A DNA stretch of 36,328 nucleotides from an uncultured Methanosarcinales archaeon (GTDB taxonomy: Archaea; Nanobdellota; Nanobdellia; Woesearchaeales; GW2011-AR9), in assembly GCA_964360675.1 (NCBI GenBank), contig CAYHXT010000003.1, forward strand, positions 1 to 36,328. Direction: 5' to 3'. The notes beneath the pieces are model-generated. The model was not told the DNA's origin, did no database searches, and saw nothing but the letters and a program-made list of their open reading frames with translations. Position numbers and translations under genes: made by a program. Below are positions 16,749 through 25,411 of the stretch, piece by piece; positions within the stretch are counted from its first letter, which is position 1, and every line of letters begins with the position of its first letter.

Positions 16749-18206
16749 ATGGCAGTTGAAATTTTTTCCAAGGAACCGGCATTCGCTGACGATTCGGCTT
16801 ACCGGTACAATCTACTGAAAGAGTACGGTTTTAAAGAAGAACAAGCGGAAATTATTTCGGGCGAATATCAAGCCACCGGTTTCCCAGAATCGTTAAAACA
16901 CTGCCGCTTATTGTGGGAAGTGTACGATCTTGGTTTAGAAGAGCCGTATTTTTGGATTTTAGATTATTTTAAAGATGCTTTTCCCATAATTGAAAAATTA
17001 GAAGATTCTTTTGCCGCAGCAGAAAATTCTGCTTTTTTCGGAGTGACCCAGCTGCGTTTAGGCGCGCAGCAGGATAAGATTTCACAGTTCTTAGCCCAAG
17101 TCGGAAAGATGATCAAGGAACTGTTTCAGATGGTGCGGGAATTGCGGATAATCGATGAGCGGTTAGATTATTATAACGGGGTAGAATCAGAATTATCCAA
17201 ACCAGTAAGCCAGCGGGGCAAAAGCCATGAAATCACCTTAAAAGGATTGTTTGTCGATTTAGTCCAAGGCGGCGGAAAGAGCGCCGCATCAGTGTATGGG
17301 ATGGCCAGAGAACTGGAATTTATCACTCTCCCCGATTTATTTTTTGATACTCCGCCTTTAAAAAATGTAGGGGAATTGGAGAGGCACATCGAATCGCTGA
17401 GCCAGAATTTTAACAAGAATGTTCTTAGAGTTTTACAGCGGCATCTTAACCAATACATGGAATGGCGGACGCGGACGCATAAAGAACATATGCAGAGAAA
17501 AATATTTCAGCTGAAATATCTTAAACAGCACTTTGACGTCATTAAAATGTATCTGACCTGGGTCAAACCATACCTGCGGCACGTCCGCGCTTTGACCATG
17601 AAAGGAAAAAGCATGAGTTCAGCAGAGATGGTTTCAGCTTTTGAAGTGAGCATGCTGGATGTGGAAATTTTGGCGCGCAAGCCGTTGGGAAAGGCTAATT
17701 CCTGCGTTTTAGCTACGTTTAATTACCGAACCAGAGCGGAAATGAAAGTGCAGCAGGAAGGTTATCAGCGCGGCCCGATTCATATAGGCAAGATGGTGGT
17801 CACTTTCAGGGCCTATGCCTGGACGGACGAGCAGGTGGATAAATATAAAAAGATGAAAGATAAAGAAATGTTTGATTTATTCGGCGATGTTTCTTCTTCG
17901 GTGCAGGCAGCCATGGAATCTTTAGGGCAGGAATTATATCACTATCTTGAAGAAGCAGAAGGAAAAGCCGCGCAGGAAAAGAAAGAAGAAGCCGGGAAAA
18001 AGCCCGCAAAAACTTTTACCGAGAAATTCTTGGGAGATTTTTATACGCCGCGGGGAGTAAAAGAATCCAGAAAAGAACTTAAGCATAAGGAACAAGCTGC
18101 AGCACAGGCTAAAACCGACGCAGAGAAGTGCGAAGGAGCGGCTAAATTTCATGCATTCAATGTTTTTCATTTATTCAAGAAAGCGCACCGGATGGTAGCA
18201 TGGTGA
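16749..18206 (+). CDS. Hypothetical protein, 485 aa, largely helical
   Basis: Long ORF with normal composition; no catalytic motif recognised. Confidence 0.85.
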   Translation: MAVEIFSKEPAFADDSAYRYNLLKEYGFKEEQAEIISGEYQATGFPESLKHCRLLWEVYDLGLEEPYFWILDYFKDAFPIIEKLEDSFAAAENSAFFGVTQLRLGAQQDKISQFLAQVGKMIKELFQMVRELRIIDERLDYYNGVESELSKPVSQRGKSHEITLKGLFVDLVQGGGKSAASVYGMARELEFITLPDLFFDTPPLKNVGELERHIESLSQNFNKNVLRVLQRHLNQYMEWRTRTHKEHMQRKIFQLKYLKQHFDVIKMYLTWVKPYLRHVRALTMKGKSMSSAEMVSAFEVSMLDVEILARKPLGKANSCVLATFNYRTRAEMKVQQEGYQRGPIHIGKMVVTFRAYAWTDEQVDKYKKMKDKEMFDLFGDVSSSVQAAMESLGQELYHYLEEAEGKAAQEKKEEAGKKPAKTFTEKFLGDFYTPRGVKESRKELKHKEQAAAQAKTDAEKCEGAAKFHAFNVFHLFKKAHRMVAW

Positions 18207-18227
18207 TTTCTGAAAAATGGGGGTTAT

Positions 18228-18473
18228 TTGAAAATGGATAATTTAGAAAAGAAAATATCAGAAAATAAAATAGATAAACAAATTAAACCGGACGGAAAAC
18301 AGTGGCTGCCTCTGGGCATCGGCGTTTATTTTGCAGTGAAAGATGCATTGCAAGGCAAACCGCACATTATGGATCCAAGTAATCGGGTGAGGCTGTACGC
18401 CAGTGCATTCTATCACGGCATGGTAAGCGTATATCCTATTTATCTTGGCATAAAAGATCTGGTTCAAAATTGA
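18228..18473 (+). CDS. Small hypothetical protein, possibly membrane associated
   Basis: Fills the gap in a co-oriented run and has two moderately hydrophobic segments. Probable start is ATG 18234. Confidence 0.6.
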   Translation: MKMDNLEKKISENKIDKQIKPDGKQWLPLGIGVYFAVKDALQGKPHIMDPSNRVRLYASAFYHGMVSVYPIYLGIKDLVQN

Positions 18474-18486
18474 ACTGAGTGTAACT

Positions 18487-18819
18487 ATGGGAATAATGAC
18501 AAAAGAAACAGCAAATGAGGGTACCAATGAAAAAATGATTGCGCTTGATGAAGATTTCATTAACTGGTGGGCGGAAGGTTTGGAAAAGCAAGGTTATGAT
18601 CTAGATAAAGACACTATCCGCATCGCTACTCAGCAGGACCGGCCTTTTCTTTTCCGCAATTATACTTATAGGGAATATTTTGGTGCAATGAGGCGGGGCG
18701 AGCATTGGCCGTTAGTGGCATATAATTTGGCGTACAGAATGTGTTGGAAGTCAGTTCTTGAAAGTAAAGTTGAGGATGGGTCGGAAAAGATTCTTCCCTG
18801 GGAAAGATCACGGGAATAA
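18487..18819 (+). CDS. Hypothetical protein, 110 aa
   Basis: Co-oriented ORF starting 13 nt after the previous stop. Confidence 0.6.
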   Translation: MGIMTKETANEGTNEKMIALDEDFINWWAEGLEKQGYDLDKDTIRIATQQDRPFLFRNYTYREYFGAMRRGEHWPLVAYNLAYRMCWKSVLESKVEDGSEKILPWERSRE

Positions 18820-18850
18820 GTTTTATATAATCTGGTTTCTTACTCTCTCT

Positions 18851-20974
18851 ATGGTTGAATTTGGCACAGGATACAATATGTCCATGGACCGGGAATACGG
18901 GCATCATGCTCACCAGCATGATCAAAATGATACACAAAGCAGTCCCGCTAATAATTCTACTAATGATGTCGGCGTAGGCATTAAGGATTTAGGGATGAGT
19001 ATCGCCATGGGCCCGGTACGGGACATTCCTGCCGTCGGAGCAAAACTGCGCGCGGGCATGAAAACTATGGAAATCGGGTTTGTCGGGCGGGGGAAAGGTT
19101 CCGGCCAGTCGCCCACGCCGGAATATTTCGGTAAAGCGCAGCGAAGAGCATTGGAAGAATTAGGGAAGGCAAATGAAGTTAATTTTACCACTCACGCTTC
19201 TTTTGGGATTACCGGATTGGCAGGGATGGATCAGCGCGGCAATTTCAACAAGGCGGTAAAAGAGGAATCATTGCATGAAATCAAGAGAGCCATAGAATTT
19301 GCCGGAGATGTTGCTCACGGAGGGCCAGTAGTAGTGCATACGGGGGAATTTTCCCGCTCTCTTATCGGAGCAGGATGGAATCAGGAAGGAGAATTTGCCA
19401 GCAAATTCAGGATGCATGAGAAAGAACAAGATAGGGAAACATTAGGGGTAGTAGATATGCGTGACGGCAGTTTGAAAGCGGAAGCGCATAAGAACCGGAA
19501 AGTTTCCCGCCCAGAATGGCTTACTACTAAAGCCGGGCAGGAATATGAAGATTTAGATGGTAAAAAAAGAGTTGCCAAAGAAGGGGAAGCCGTTTATTTA
19601 GATTATTGGGGTAAGCAGGTGCTGCGTAATTTACGGGTTCCGTTGTATAAAAACGGAGAATTCGTGACTAAGCAATATGGCTGGGATGAATTGCGGGAGC
19701 AGGCAAACGAAATGGCTGAAGAAGCTAGGGAAGATTTGAATAGGTGGAAGAAAGCGAGCGCTGACGAAAAAAAAGAGATTGAAAAAAAATCTACATGGAC
19801 GCGTTTTTTACGGGAAGATGTCGATGCAGAACAAATTAAGATTCGACCTGAAGAAGCTTATCTTATCGCCGGGCTGGAAACACAGGCGGGAAATGCGCGG
19901 GGATGGGCGTATAACTACAGCAGTAATTTTCAGGAACAGGTCGAGATGGTCAGAAAGCTGCGGAAGGCATTGGATATGCATCAAAAGATAGAAGAAACTA
20001 CCAATCCGGAAGAACGATGGAAGCTTCAACGGCAAGTCGGCGATCTGGTCGGCGGATTAGTGCCGGGAGATGCAAAAATGCCTACGGAAATCATCAAACG
20101 GCAACTTGAAGAAATCAAAGGGCGGATGAAAACTGCTCAGGAAGGGGCAGCCAGCCAGTTTGCACAGGCAGAAGAATACACGGAAACCATCAAATACGTA
20201 CAAAGCGCAGAAACGTATGCCCTGCAGGAAGCTTATGATTCTTATGCGCAGGCCGGCATCAGCGCTATGCGGCAATCAAAGAAAATGGAAGATATTGGCA
20301 AGCTGAAGAAACCGATTGCCATTGCCATGGAAAATCTGTGGCCGGAGCAGTACGGCTCGCATCCTGATGAAATAATGGATTTAGTTCTAAGCAGCCGGCA
20401 GAAAATGGCGAGCATACTGAAAGAAAAATATAACTTTTCTGAAAAAGAAGCTAAGGCTAAATCTGAAGCTCATATTACTGCGACCATAGATACCGGACAT
20501 ATCAACATGTGGAGAAAATACTGGGTTGGCGACCACCATAAAAACATTGAAGAAAACGACAAGGATTTCAACCAATGGGCAGTTAAAAAAATGGGGGAGA
20601 TGGTAAATAGAAAAGTTGTCGGCCACATACATCTTGACGATAATTTTGGTTATAATGACGAGCATCTGGCTCCAGGAGAAGGAAATGCTCCCATCACGGA
20701 AATGATCAAGGCATTGAAGGATAACGGATACAAGGGAGAATTAATCGTCGAGCCGGGAGCAGATTTTACTACTGACTTGTCTGGTTTTCACAGCGTGATG
20801 AAAACATGGAAATTGTTTGGCAGTTCGGTGTACGGCGCCGGCTCCGGTGTCCGCGGAAGAGGATGGGGCGACGTGACCGGCTATATGGGCATGACTCAGC
20901 CGCCTTATTTCGTATTCGGTTCATATTCTCCGTCAGAAGACTGGACGCTGTGGAGCGGAGTGCAGTTGGAGTAA
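18851..20974 (+). CDS. Xylose-isomerase/endonuclease IV-like TIM barrel with a large insertion
   Basis: Metal-ligand motifs THAS, VVVHTGE, AMENL, TIDTGHINM, HIHLDDN...DEHLAPG and LIVE. TATA TTTTATATAA at 18821-18830 supports a leaderless start at 18851. Confidence 0.8.
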   Translation: MVEFGTGYNMSMDREYGHHAHQHDQNDTQSSPANNSTNDVGVGIKDLGMSIAMGPVRDIPAVGAKLRAGMKTMEIGFVGRGKGSGQSPTPEYFGKAQRRALEELGKANEVNFTTHASFGITGLAGMDQRGNFNKAVKEESLHEIKRAIEFAGDVAHGGPVVVHTGEFSRSLIGAGWNQEGEFASKFRMHEKEQDRETLGVVDMRDGSLKAEAHKNRKVSRPEWLTTKAGQEYEDLDGKKRVAKEGEAVYLDYWGKQVLRNLRVPLYKNGEFVTKQYGWDELREQANEMAEEAREDLNRWKKASADEKKEIEKKSTWTRFLREDVDAEQIKIRPEEAYLIAGLETQAGNARGWAYNYSSNFQEQVEMVRKLRKALDMHQKIEETTNPEERWKLQRQVGDLVGGLVPGDAKMPTEIIKRQLEEIKGRMKTAQEGAASQFAQAEEYTETIKYVQSAETYALQEAYDSYAQAGISAMRQSKKMEDIGKLKKPIAIAMENLWPEQYGSHPDEIMDLVLSSRQKMASILKEKYNFSEKEAKAKSEAHITATIDTGHINMWRKYWVGDHHKNIEENDKDFNQWAVKKMGEMVNRKVVGHIHLDDNFGYNDEHLAPGEGNAPITEMIKALKDNGYKGELIVEPGADFTTDLSGFHSVMKTWKLFGSSVYGAGSGVRGRGWGDVTGYMGMTQPPYFVFGSYSPSEDWTLWSGVQLE

Positions 20975-21006
20975 GGTTTATAAGCAATTCAGTTTCTGGC
21001 ATTATT

Positions 21007-21459
21007 ATGGAAACTACAATCAAATTACCAATGGTTTATGGACAACATTTTGTTCCGGGAAATTGTTTCAGATATTATGCTTTTCAGGAATCAAGACAAG
21101 AAGATGGTTCTCTCGTAGAAGATGAAAAAAGAACGGCATCATATAATTTTTTTAGGGGATTAAGATCATTGCACGAAGGATATTTAGCCGGAAGCCTGCT
21201 TAATCATTCTGCACAGAACGAGAAATTTCAGAAAGCATTTGGATACTTTCATCAGGCCTTAGCCGCAAAACCAGATTATTTTTGCGCGCGGGAAGCTTTA
21301 CAATTCATGGCAGGACGTCTTGGATACAATGATATTGCTGAAGGAGAAGAATATGCTCTCCAGATGAGCAGTAATCCGCATCCTGAACTGCCTTGTCACC
21401 TATTGCATGCCGGATTTTTCAGCGCTTCTGATTTGGAAAATATCGCTAAAGAACTTTAA
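21007..21459 (+). CDS. Hypothetical protein with a TPR-like helix pair
   Basis: ATG 21007 lies downstream of TTTATAA; FQKAFGYFHQALAAKPDYFCARE is TPR-like. Confidence 0.6.
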   Translation: METTIKLPMVYGQHFVPGNCFRYYAFQESRQEDGSLVEDEKRTASYNFFRGLRSLHEGYLAGSLLNHSAQNEKFQKAFGYFHQALAAKPDYFCAREALQFMAGRLGYNDIAEGEEYALQMSSNPHPELPCHLLHAGFFSASDLENIAKEL

Positions 21460-21594
21460 ATCAGAAATAATTTAACTATTTTTATTGATTTTTATTTCAT
21501 TTCCATTTCATTTTTATCTCATCCGTTCATTTGCTTTTTTGTCTCTTCATGATGACATTTATTTAATAAGAAAAACATCCGAAATCCATAAACT

Positions 21595-21614
21595 TTTTAA
21601 ATGGAGTGCGCACT
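21595..21614 (+). promoter_or_regulatory. TATA box followed by the perfect palindrome AGTGCGCACT (putative operator)
   Basis: TTTTAAA at about 21595-21601 and palindrome at 21605-21614, upstream of the 7TM plus wHTH genes. Confidence 0.45.
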
Positions 21615-21654
21615 GGATAGTAATTAAGAGGGGTAGGGTCAGGAGTGATACTTA

Positions 21655-22359
21655 ATGTTTCGTCTGTTTTTTACACCAGGATGGTTTAATGGATTTGATT
21701 TATTGTTTGATAGTATCGGTTTAGTGGTAGCTATGCTTATAGCCGCATACAGCTGGCGGATCTACAAATTAAATAACGAAAATCGTTTCATGTATTTCTC
21801 ATTAGCTTTTATTCTAGTGTCAATAAGTTTATCTTTCAAGATTTTCACCAGCGGAGTATTATATTACTTCCCGGTCAGGGAAACGGTTGCACAGGTATTG
21901 CGCCCGGCTGTCGGACAAGGATTGAGGTATTCAGCATTATTTTATCGGGCCGGATTTTTTTTCCAGATGGCTTCCATGCTGGGAGCATGGCTGTTGATAT
22001 TCCTCATCTCACAGAAGTCCAGGGCAAGATTGACGCAGTTTTATGAGCTCAGCCAGATAGGCCTGTTCGTGTACTTAGTATTGCTGATATCGGTCATCAG
22101 CAATTTTGAATATGTGGTGTTTTATCTCACCAGCCTGGTATTATTATCTTTGATAGTGTTGAACTATTATAAGAATTATCTGACCTCAAAAAAGAAAAAT
22201 GCGCTTCTGGTCATGTCAGCGTTCCTTTTCATTTTGACTGGGCATATGTTTTTAGTGTTCATGTCCGTAAACAACAGCTTTTATGTCGCCGGCGAGATGC
22301 TGATGCTGCTGGGTTTTTTATTGCTGCTATATACTTACAGGACCATCGTAAAAAGGTAG
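21655..22359 (+). CDS. Integral membrane protein with about 7 TM helices
   Basis: Seven hydrophobic segments; SD GGAGTGA. Confidence 0.8.
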   Translation: MFRLFFTPGWFNGFDLLFDSIGLVVAMLIAAYSWRIYKLNNENRFMYFSLAFILVSISLSFKIFTSGVLYYFPVRETVAQVLRPAVGQGLRYSALFYRAGFFFQMASMLGAWLLIFLISQKSRARLTQFYELSQIGLFVYLVLLISVISNFEYVVFYLTSLVLLSLIVLNYYKNYLTSKKKNALLVMSAFLFILTGHMFLVFMSVNNSFYVAGEMLMLLGFLLLLYTYRTIVKR

Positions 22360-22366
22360 GAAATAA

Positions 22367-22657
22367 ATGGCTACAAGACGATCAAGATTGGAACTAGTGT
22401 TTGACATACTGTTAGCTATCCAGAACCGCGGCGGGAAGATCAAGCCGACCCATCTGATGTATAAATCAAATCTATCCCATAAATTATTGAACGGGTATCT
22501 GGAAGAATTAGTGCAGAAAGAATTAGTTATGCTGGAAGAAGAAGCCGTGAAGAAGAAACGAAGACCGCTGAAATTGGTTAAAATTACGGATAAAGGGCTG
22601 GCGTTTTTAGCTGAGTTCAGGCGCATGCGCGAGTTTACAGACGCATTTGGATTGTGA
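22367..22657 (+). CDS. Archaeal winged-helix transcriptional regulator (HTH_45-like)
   Basis: RRSRLELVFDIL, KPTHLMYKSNLS, YLEELVQKELV and ITDKG. Confidence 0.88.
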   Translation: MATRRSRLELVFDILLAIQNRGGKIKPTHLMYKSNLSHKLLNGYLEELVQKELVMLEEEAVKKKRRPLKLVKITDKGLAFLAEFRRMREFTDAFGL

Positions 22658-22684
22658 ATAGAAAATTGGGGGTATATTTGAAAA

Positions 22685-23077
22685 ATGACATCAAGATTAG
22701 CGTTAAATCTTAACAGTTTGGATGAACGATTACAATGCTCTGTAATATTACACACAGAAGGAGTAGCATACCTTTCTCGAGACAGTTATTTTAGGGGTGA
22801 TAGACCAACATATCTTGTAGTTTTAGACCTTTTTGGTCGAGAAGGGCATGGTATCGCTCCAGCTTTAATAATGAATAGTCTTGGAACTGATAAGGACATA
22901 ATATATCCAAAGGCGAATATCTGTTTTTTCCCCGTTCAAGCTGGTGACGTTTTTTTTAACAGTCATTCTTTTGTTAATAAGTGCGAAGCCATTTATCATC
23001 GGGGCAAATTCATCTTAGGAAATGAAGATAGGTTTAAGGAATACGGCATAACTATTTTAGGGGACGATAAACAATGA
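22685..23077 (+). CDS. Hypothetical protein, paralog of 23074-23484
   Basis: Shares C-terminal motifs with the next ORF; ATGA overlap. Confidence 0.7.
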   Translation: MTSRLALNLNSLDERLQCSVILHTEGVAYLSRDSYFRGDRPTYLVVLDLFGREGHGIAPALIMNSLGTDKDIIYPKANICFFPVQAGDVFFNSHSFVNKCEAIYHRGKFILGNEDRFKEYGITILGDDKQ

Positions 23078-23484
23078 CCTCAATATTTAATTTGGATCCG
23101 CGGGTACTAGATGATTGCGTCTCTGATAGTACTCCAGATATTGGAATAGTTGCCACAGCTGCCGCTTACTTTAAGCGCGGAGAGAACGGAATGCCAAATT
23201 ATTGTTTCTACGTCAATGCTGTTGATAAAAAGAAAGTCAATAAACGGCTGCTTGAGTTGCCACAATCAGAGTACGACGGGCATCATGGCGATCTAAGTTT
23301 ACGCTTTCAAAGAGCAAATCTTGTTTTTATGCCGGTTTCTGACGGCGACAGATATCAATGGGGATCTCGCACGAAAGAATTTCGTGAAAGCTATCTTGAG
23401 GCCTGTGATGTTCTTTATATTAGGGGAGAATTCCTTGAAGGAGATGCCGAGAAGTTCAAGATGCTCGGGGTGGCTGTTCTTTAA
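23074..23484 (+). CDS. Hypothetical protein, paralog of 22685-23077
   Basis: RANLVFMPVSDGD...CDVLYIRGEFLEG aligns with KANICFFPVQAGD...CEAIYHRGKFILG. Confidence 0.7.
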   Translation: MTSIFNLDPRVLDDCVSDSTPDIGIVATAAAYFKRGENGMPNYCFYVNAVDKKKVNKRLLELPQSEYDGHHGDLSLRFQRANLVFMPVSDGDRYQWGSRTKEFRESYLEACDVLYIRGEFLEGDAEKFKMLGVAVL

Positions 23485-23531
23485 TTTTCATAATAACTTT
23501 TTTATTGTAACCTCTCTTTTCATATTCTACT

Positions 23532-24209
23532 ATGGCCAATAATTCTAAAATCATAGTCGGATTGGATGAAGCCGGCAGAGGCCCGGTTCTCGGCCCGTTA
23601 GTCATGGCAGCTCTGGCTATAAAAGAGGAGAATATCAAGAAGTTAGAATGGATGGGTGTCAAGGACAGCAAAAAGTTAAGTGCAGAAGTGCGGGAAGAAT
23701 TATTCGAGCCGATACGAGAAGTAGTAGAGGATTTTCGCATTGAGATGATTGAACCGGATGCGATTGATTTATCGGTAAACGGAAGCGAAACAAACCTGAA
23801 TTGGCTGGAAGCAGATACTTCTGCGCGGATGATATCAGAAATGGATCCAGATACCATCATCGTCGATTGCCCCAGCCCGAACATCAAAGCCTATAAGGAA
23901 TATTTCGCTTCCCGCTTAAGTAAAGCGGTGAGGGAGAAAGCGGAACTGATAGTCGAACATAAAGCGGATGTAAATTATATTGTGGCTTCTGCCGCTTCTA
24001 TTGTAGCGAAAGTCATCCGCGACCGGCATATCGAACATATGAAGACTGAGATCGGAGTAGATTTCGGCTCCGGCTACATGAGCGATCCTAAGACGCAGGA
24101 ATTTCTGAAGAAGCATTATAAGACGCATCCGCAGCTGTTCAGGAGAAGCTGGAAGTCGTATAAGAATATGGAAGATGCGGAGAAGCAGAGAAGTTTAGGA
24201 GAGTTTTGA
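23532..24209 (+). CDS. rnhB: Ribonuclease HII
   Basis: GLDEAGRGPVLGP, VKDSKKL, IIVD, KAD, AASIVAKVIRD, GSGY and C-terminal PIP box QRSLGEF. Confidence 0.97.
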   Translation: MANNSKIIVGLDEAGRGPVLGPLVMAALAIKEENIKKLEWMGVKDSKKLSAEVREELFEPIREVVEDFRIEMIEPDAIDLSVNGSETNLNWLEADTSARMISEMDPDTIIVDCPSPNIKAYKEYFASRLSKAVREKAELIVEHKADVNYIVASAASIVAKVIRDRHIEHMKTEIGVDFGSGYMSDPKTQEFLKKHYKTHPQLFRRSWKSYKNMEDAEKQRSLGEF

Positions 24210-24221
24210 GGAAATTTTTAA

Positions 24222-24268
24222 TAGCATGAGCCTTAAATCTCCGCACTTTAGTGCGGGGAGAATGTTAC
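24222..24268 (+). mobile_element. Isolated IS200/IS605-type end hairpin
   Basis: AAAT-CTCCGCAC-TTTA-GTGCGGGG followed by 10 nt ending in TTAC. Confidence 0.6.
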
Positions 24269-24341
24269 ATTGCAGCTGCGCTAAAGTATCGAGCAAAACG
24301 TCTAAGTAATCTTTATTAATCCTTAGTGCTTATCTTTTGAT

Positions 24342-25145
24342 ATGGTTGTTTTTGAAGGCGTCACCAAAGAAAGTCTGCAGAAATTAAAAGGATTTTCCAA
24401 TGAGAAAGTTAAAACCATTTACGAAGAACTGCGCCTGAAGAAAGCCGGCGTTACTTTAGTTTTATACACTTCCGGAAAATTATCGGTGCAGGGGAATGCC
24501 GAAGAAGTGCAAAAGGCAGCGAAAGAATTGGAGAAGCAGGGGATCGGCAAACAGGTCAAATCAGAACTTTTCCGCAAGGAAAGCGGCTGGATCATCGGCA
24601 CTGATGAATCGCTTAAAGGAGATACTTTCGGCGGATTGGTAGTTGCCGGAGTTAAAGCCGACAACCTATTGCGTGAAAAACTGGCAGAATTAGGCGTGGC
24701 GGACAGCAAGACTTTGGCCGACACGGAAATACTAGTGATGGCGGAAAAGATTAAGAGATTAGTCCCCTGCGAGGTGCGCAGTGTTCTGGCAGATGAATAT
24801 AACCGGGAGAAAAATGTCACCACGCTGCTTAACCGGCTCCATCAAGAATGCGCGAATTACCTTCTTCCCGGAAAGCACATTGTGGATAAATTTCCCGGAT
24901 GCAGCGTAGGCGATGTGCAGGAAGAGAAAGCTGAATCAAAGTATGTAGAAGTGGCCGCAGCTTCAATCTTAGCCCGGGCGGGAGCTTTACAGCAGCTGGA
25001 TTATCTTAGTGCGCTGGCAGGATTCAGGATACCTAAAGGCAGCACCCACGTAAAGCTGGCTTTATTTGAGCTGAAGGAGCGCGAACTGAATTTTGCGAAA
25101 TTTGTAAAAATTGATTTTAAAAACGTTAAAGAATTTTTGAAGTAG
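24342..25145 (+). CDS. rnhC: Ribonuclease HIII-like protein
   Basis: N-terminal TBP-like segment LVLYTSGKLSVQG; GTDESLKGDTFGGL, VADSKTL, IVDKF, KAE (the HIII-type fourth carboxylate), VAAASILAR and IPKGS. Confidence 0.85.
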   Translation: MVVFEGVTKESLQKLKGFSNEKVKTIYEELRLKKAGVTLVLYTSGKLSVQGNAEEVQKAAKELEKQGIGKQVKSELFRKESGWIIGTDESLKGDTFGGLVVAGVKADNLLREKLAELGVADSKTLADTEILVMAEKIKRLVPCEVRSVLADEYNREKNVTTLLNRLHQECANYLLPGKHIVDKFPGCSVGDVQEEKAESKYVEVAAASILARAGALQQLDYLSALAGFRIPKGSTHVKLALFELKERELNFAKFVKIDFKNVKEFLK

Positions 25146-25209
25146 GCGGTCGATTTCTCTTTTTGACATGACGATAAACTGCTTATTTTCAGTGCTATTC
25201 CCTGCGCAG

Positions 25210-25376
25210 TTTACAAGAAAATCAGCGGGAAAGCCTTGGTCTTTCAGACCGAGGATGAATCGCGATAGTTAGCGCTGACTTTCTTGTTCCAAAAATGTGC
25301 GATATAATTGCGAGCCGTAAAGCCTCGTCTTTTAAGACGAGGATAGGCTCGCATATACTTAGCACATTTTCGTTAC
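25210..25376 (+). mobile_element. Non-autonomous IS200/IS605-family miniature element with two end hairpins
   Basis: TTAC at 25211-14; AAAG plus CCTTGGTC-TTTCA-GACCGAGG; AAAG plus CCTCGTCT-TTTA-AGACGAGG; terminal TTAC at 25373-76. Both ends recur at 7405-7460. Confidence 0.75.
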
Positions 25377-25411
25377 TATATCTTTATAAATCTGAAATAT
25401 CTTATTAACTT

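Noticed and set aside
18758-18850. N-terminal extension of the TIM-barrel ORF
   Set aside because: It overlaps the upstream gene and contains the TATA box; ATG 18851 is preferred.
20806-21006. N-terminal extension of the 217-aa ORF
   Set aside because: It overlaps the TIM-barrel 3' end; a TATA box supports ATG 21007.
21655-22359. Rhodopsin or heliorhodopsin call for the 7TM protein
   Set aside because: No retinal-binding Lys in the last helix and no RYxDW or RWxEY motif.
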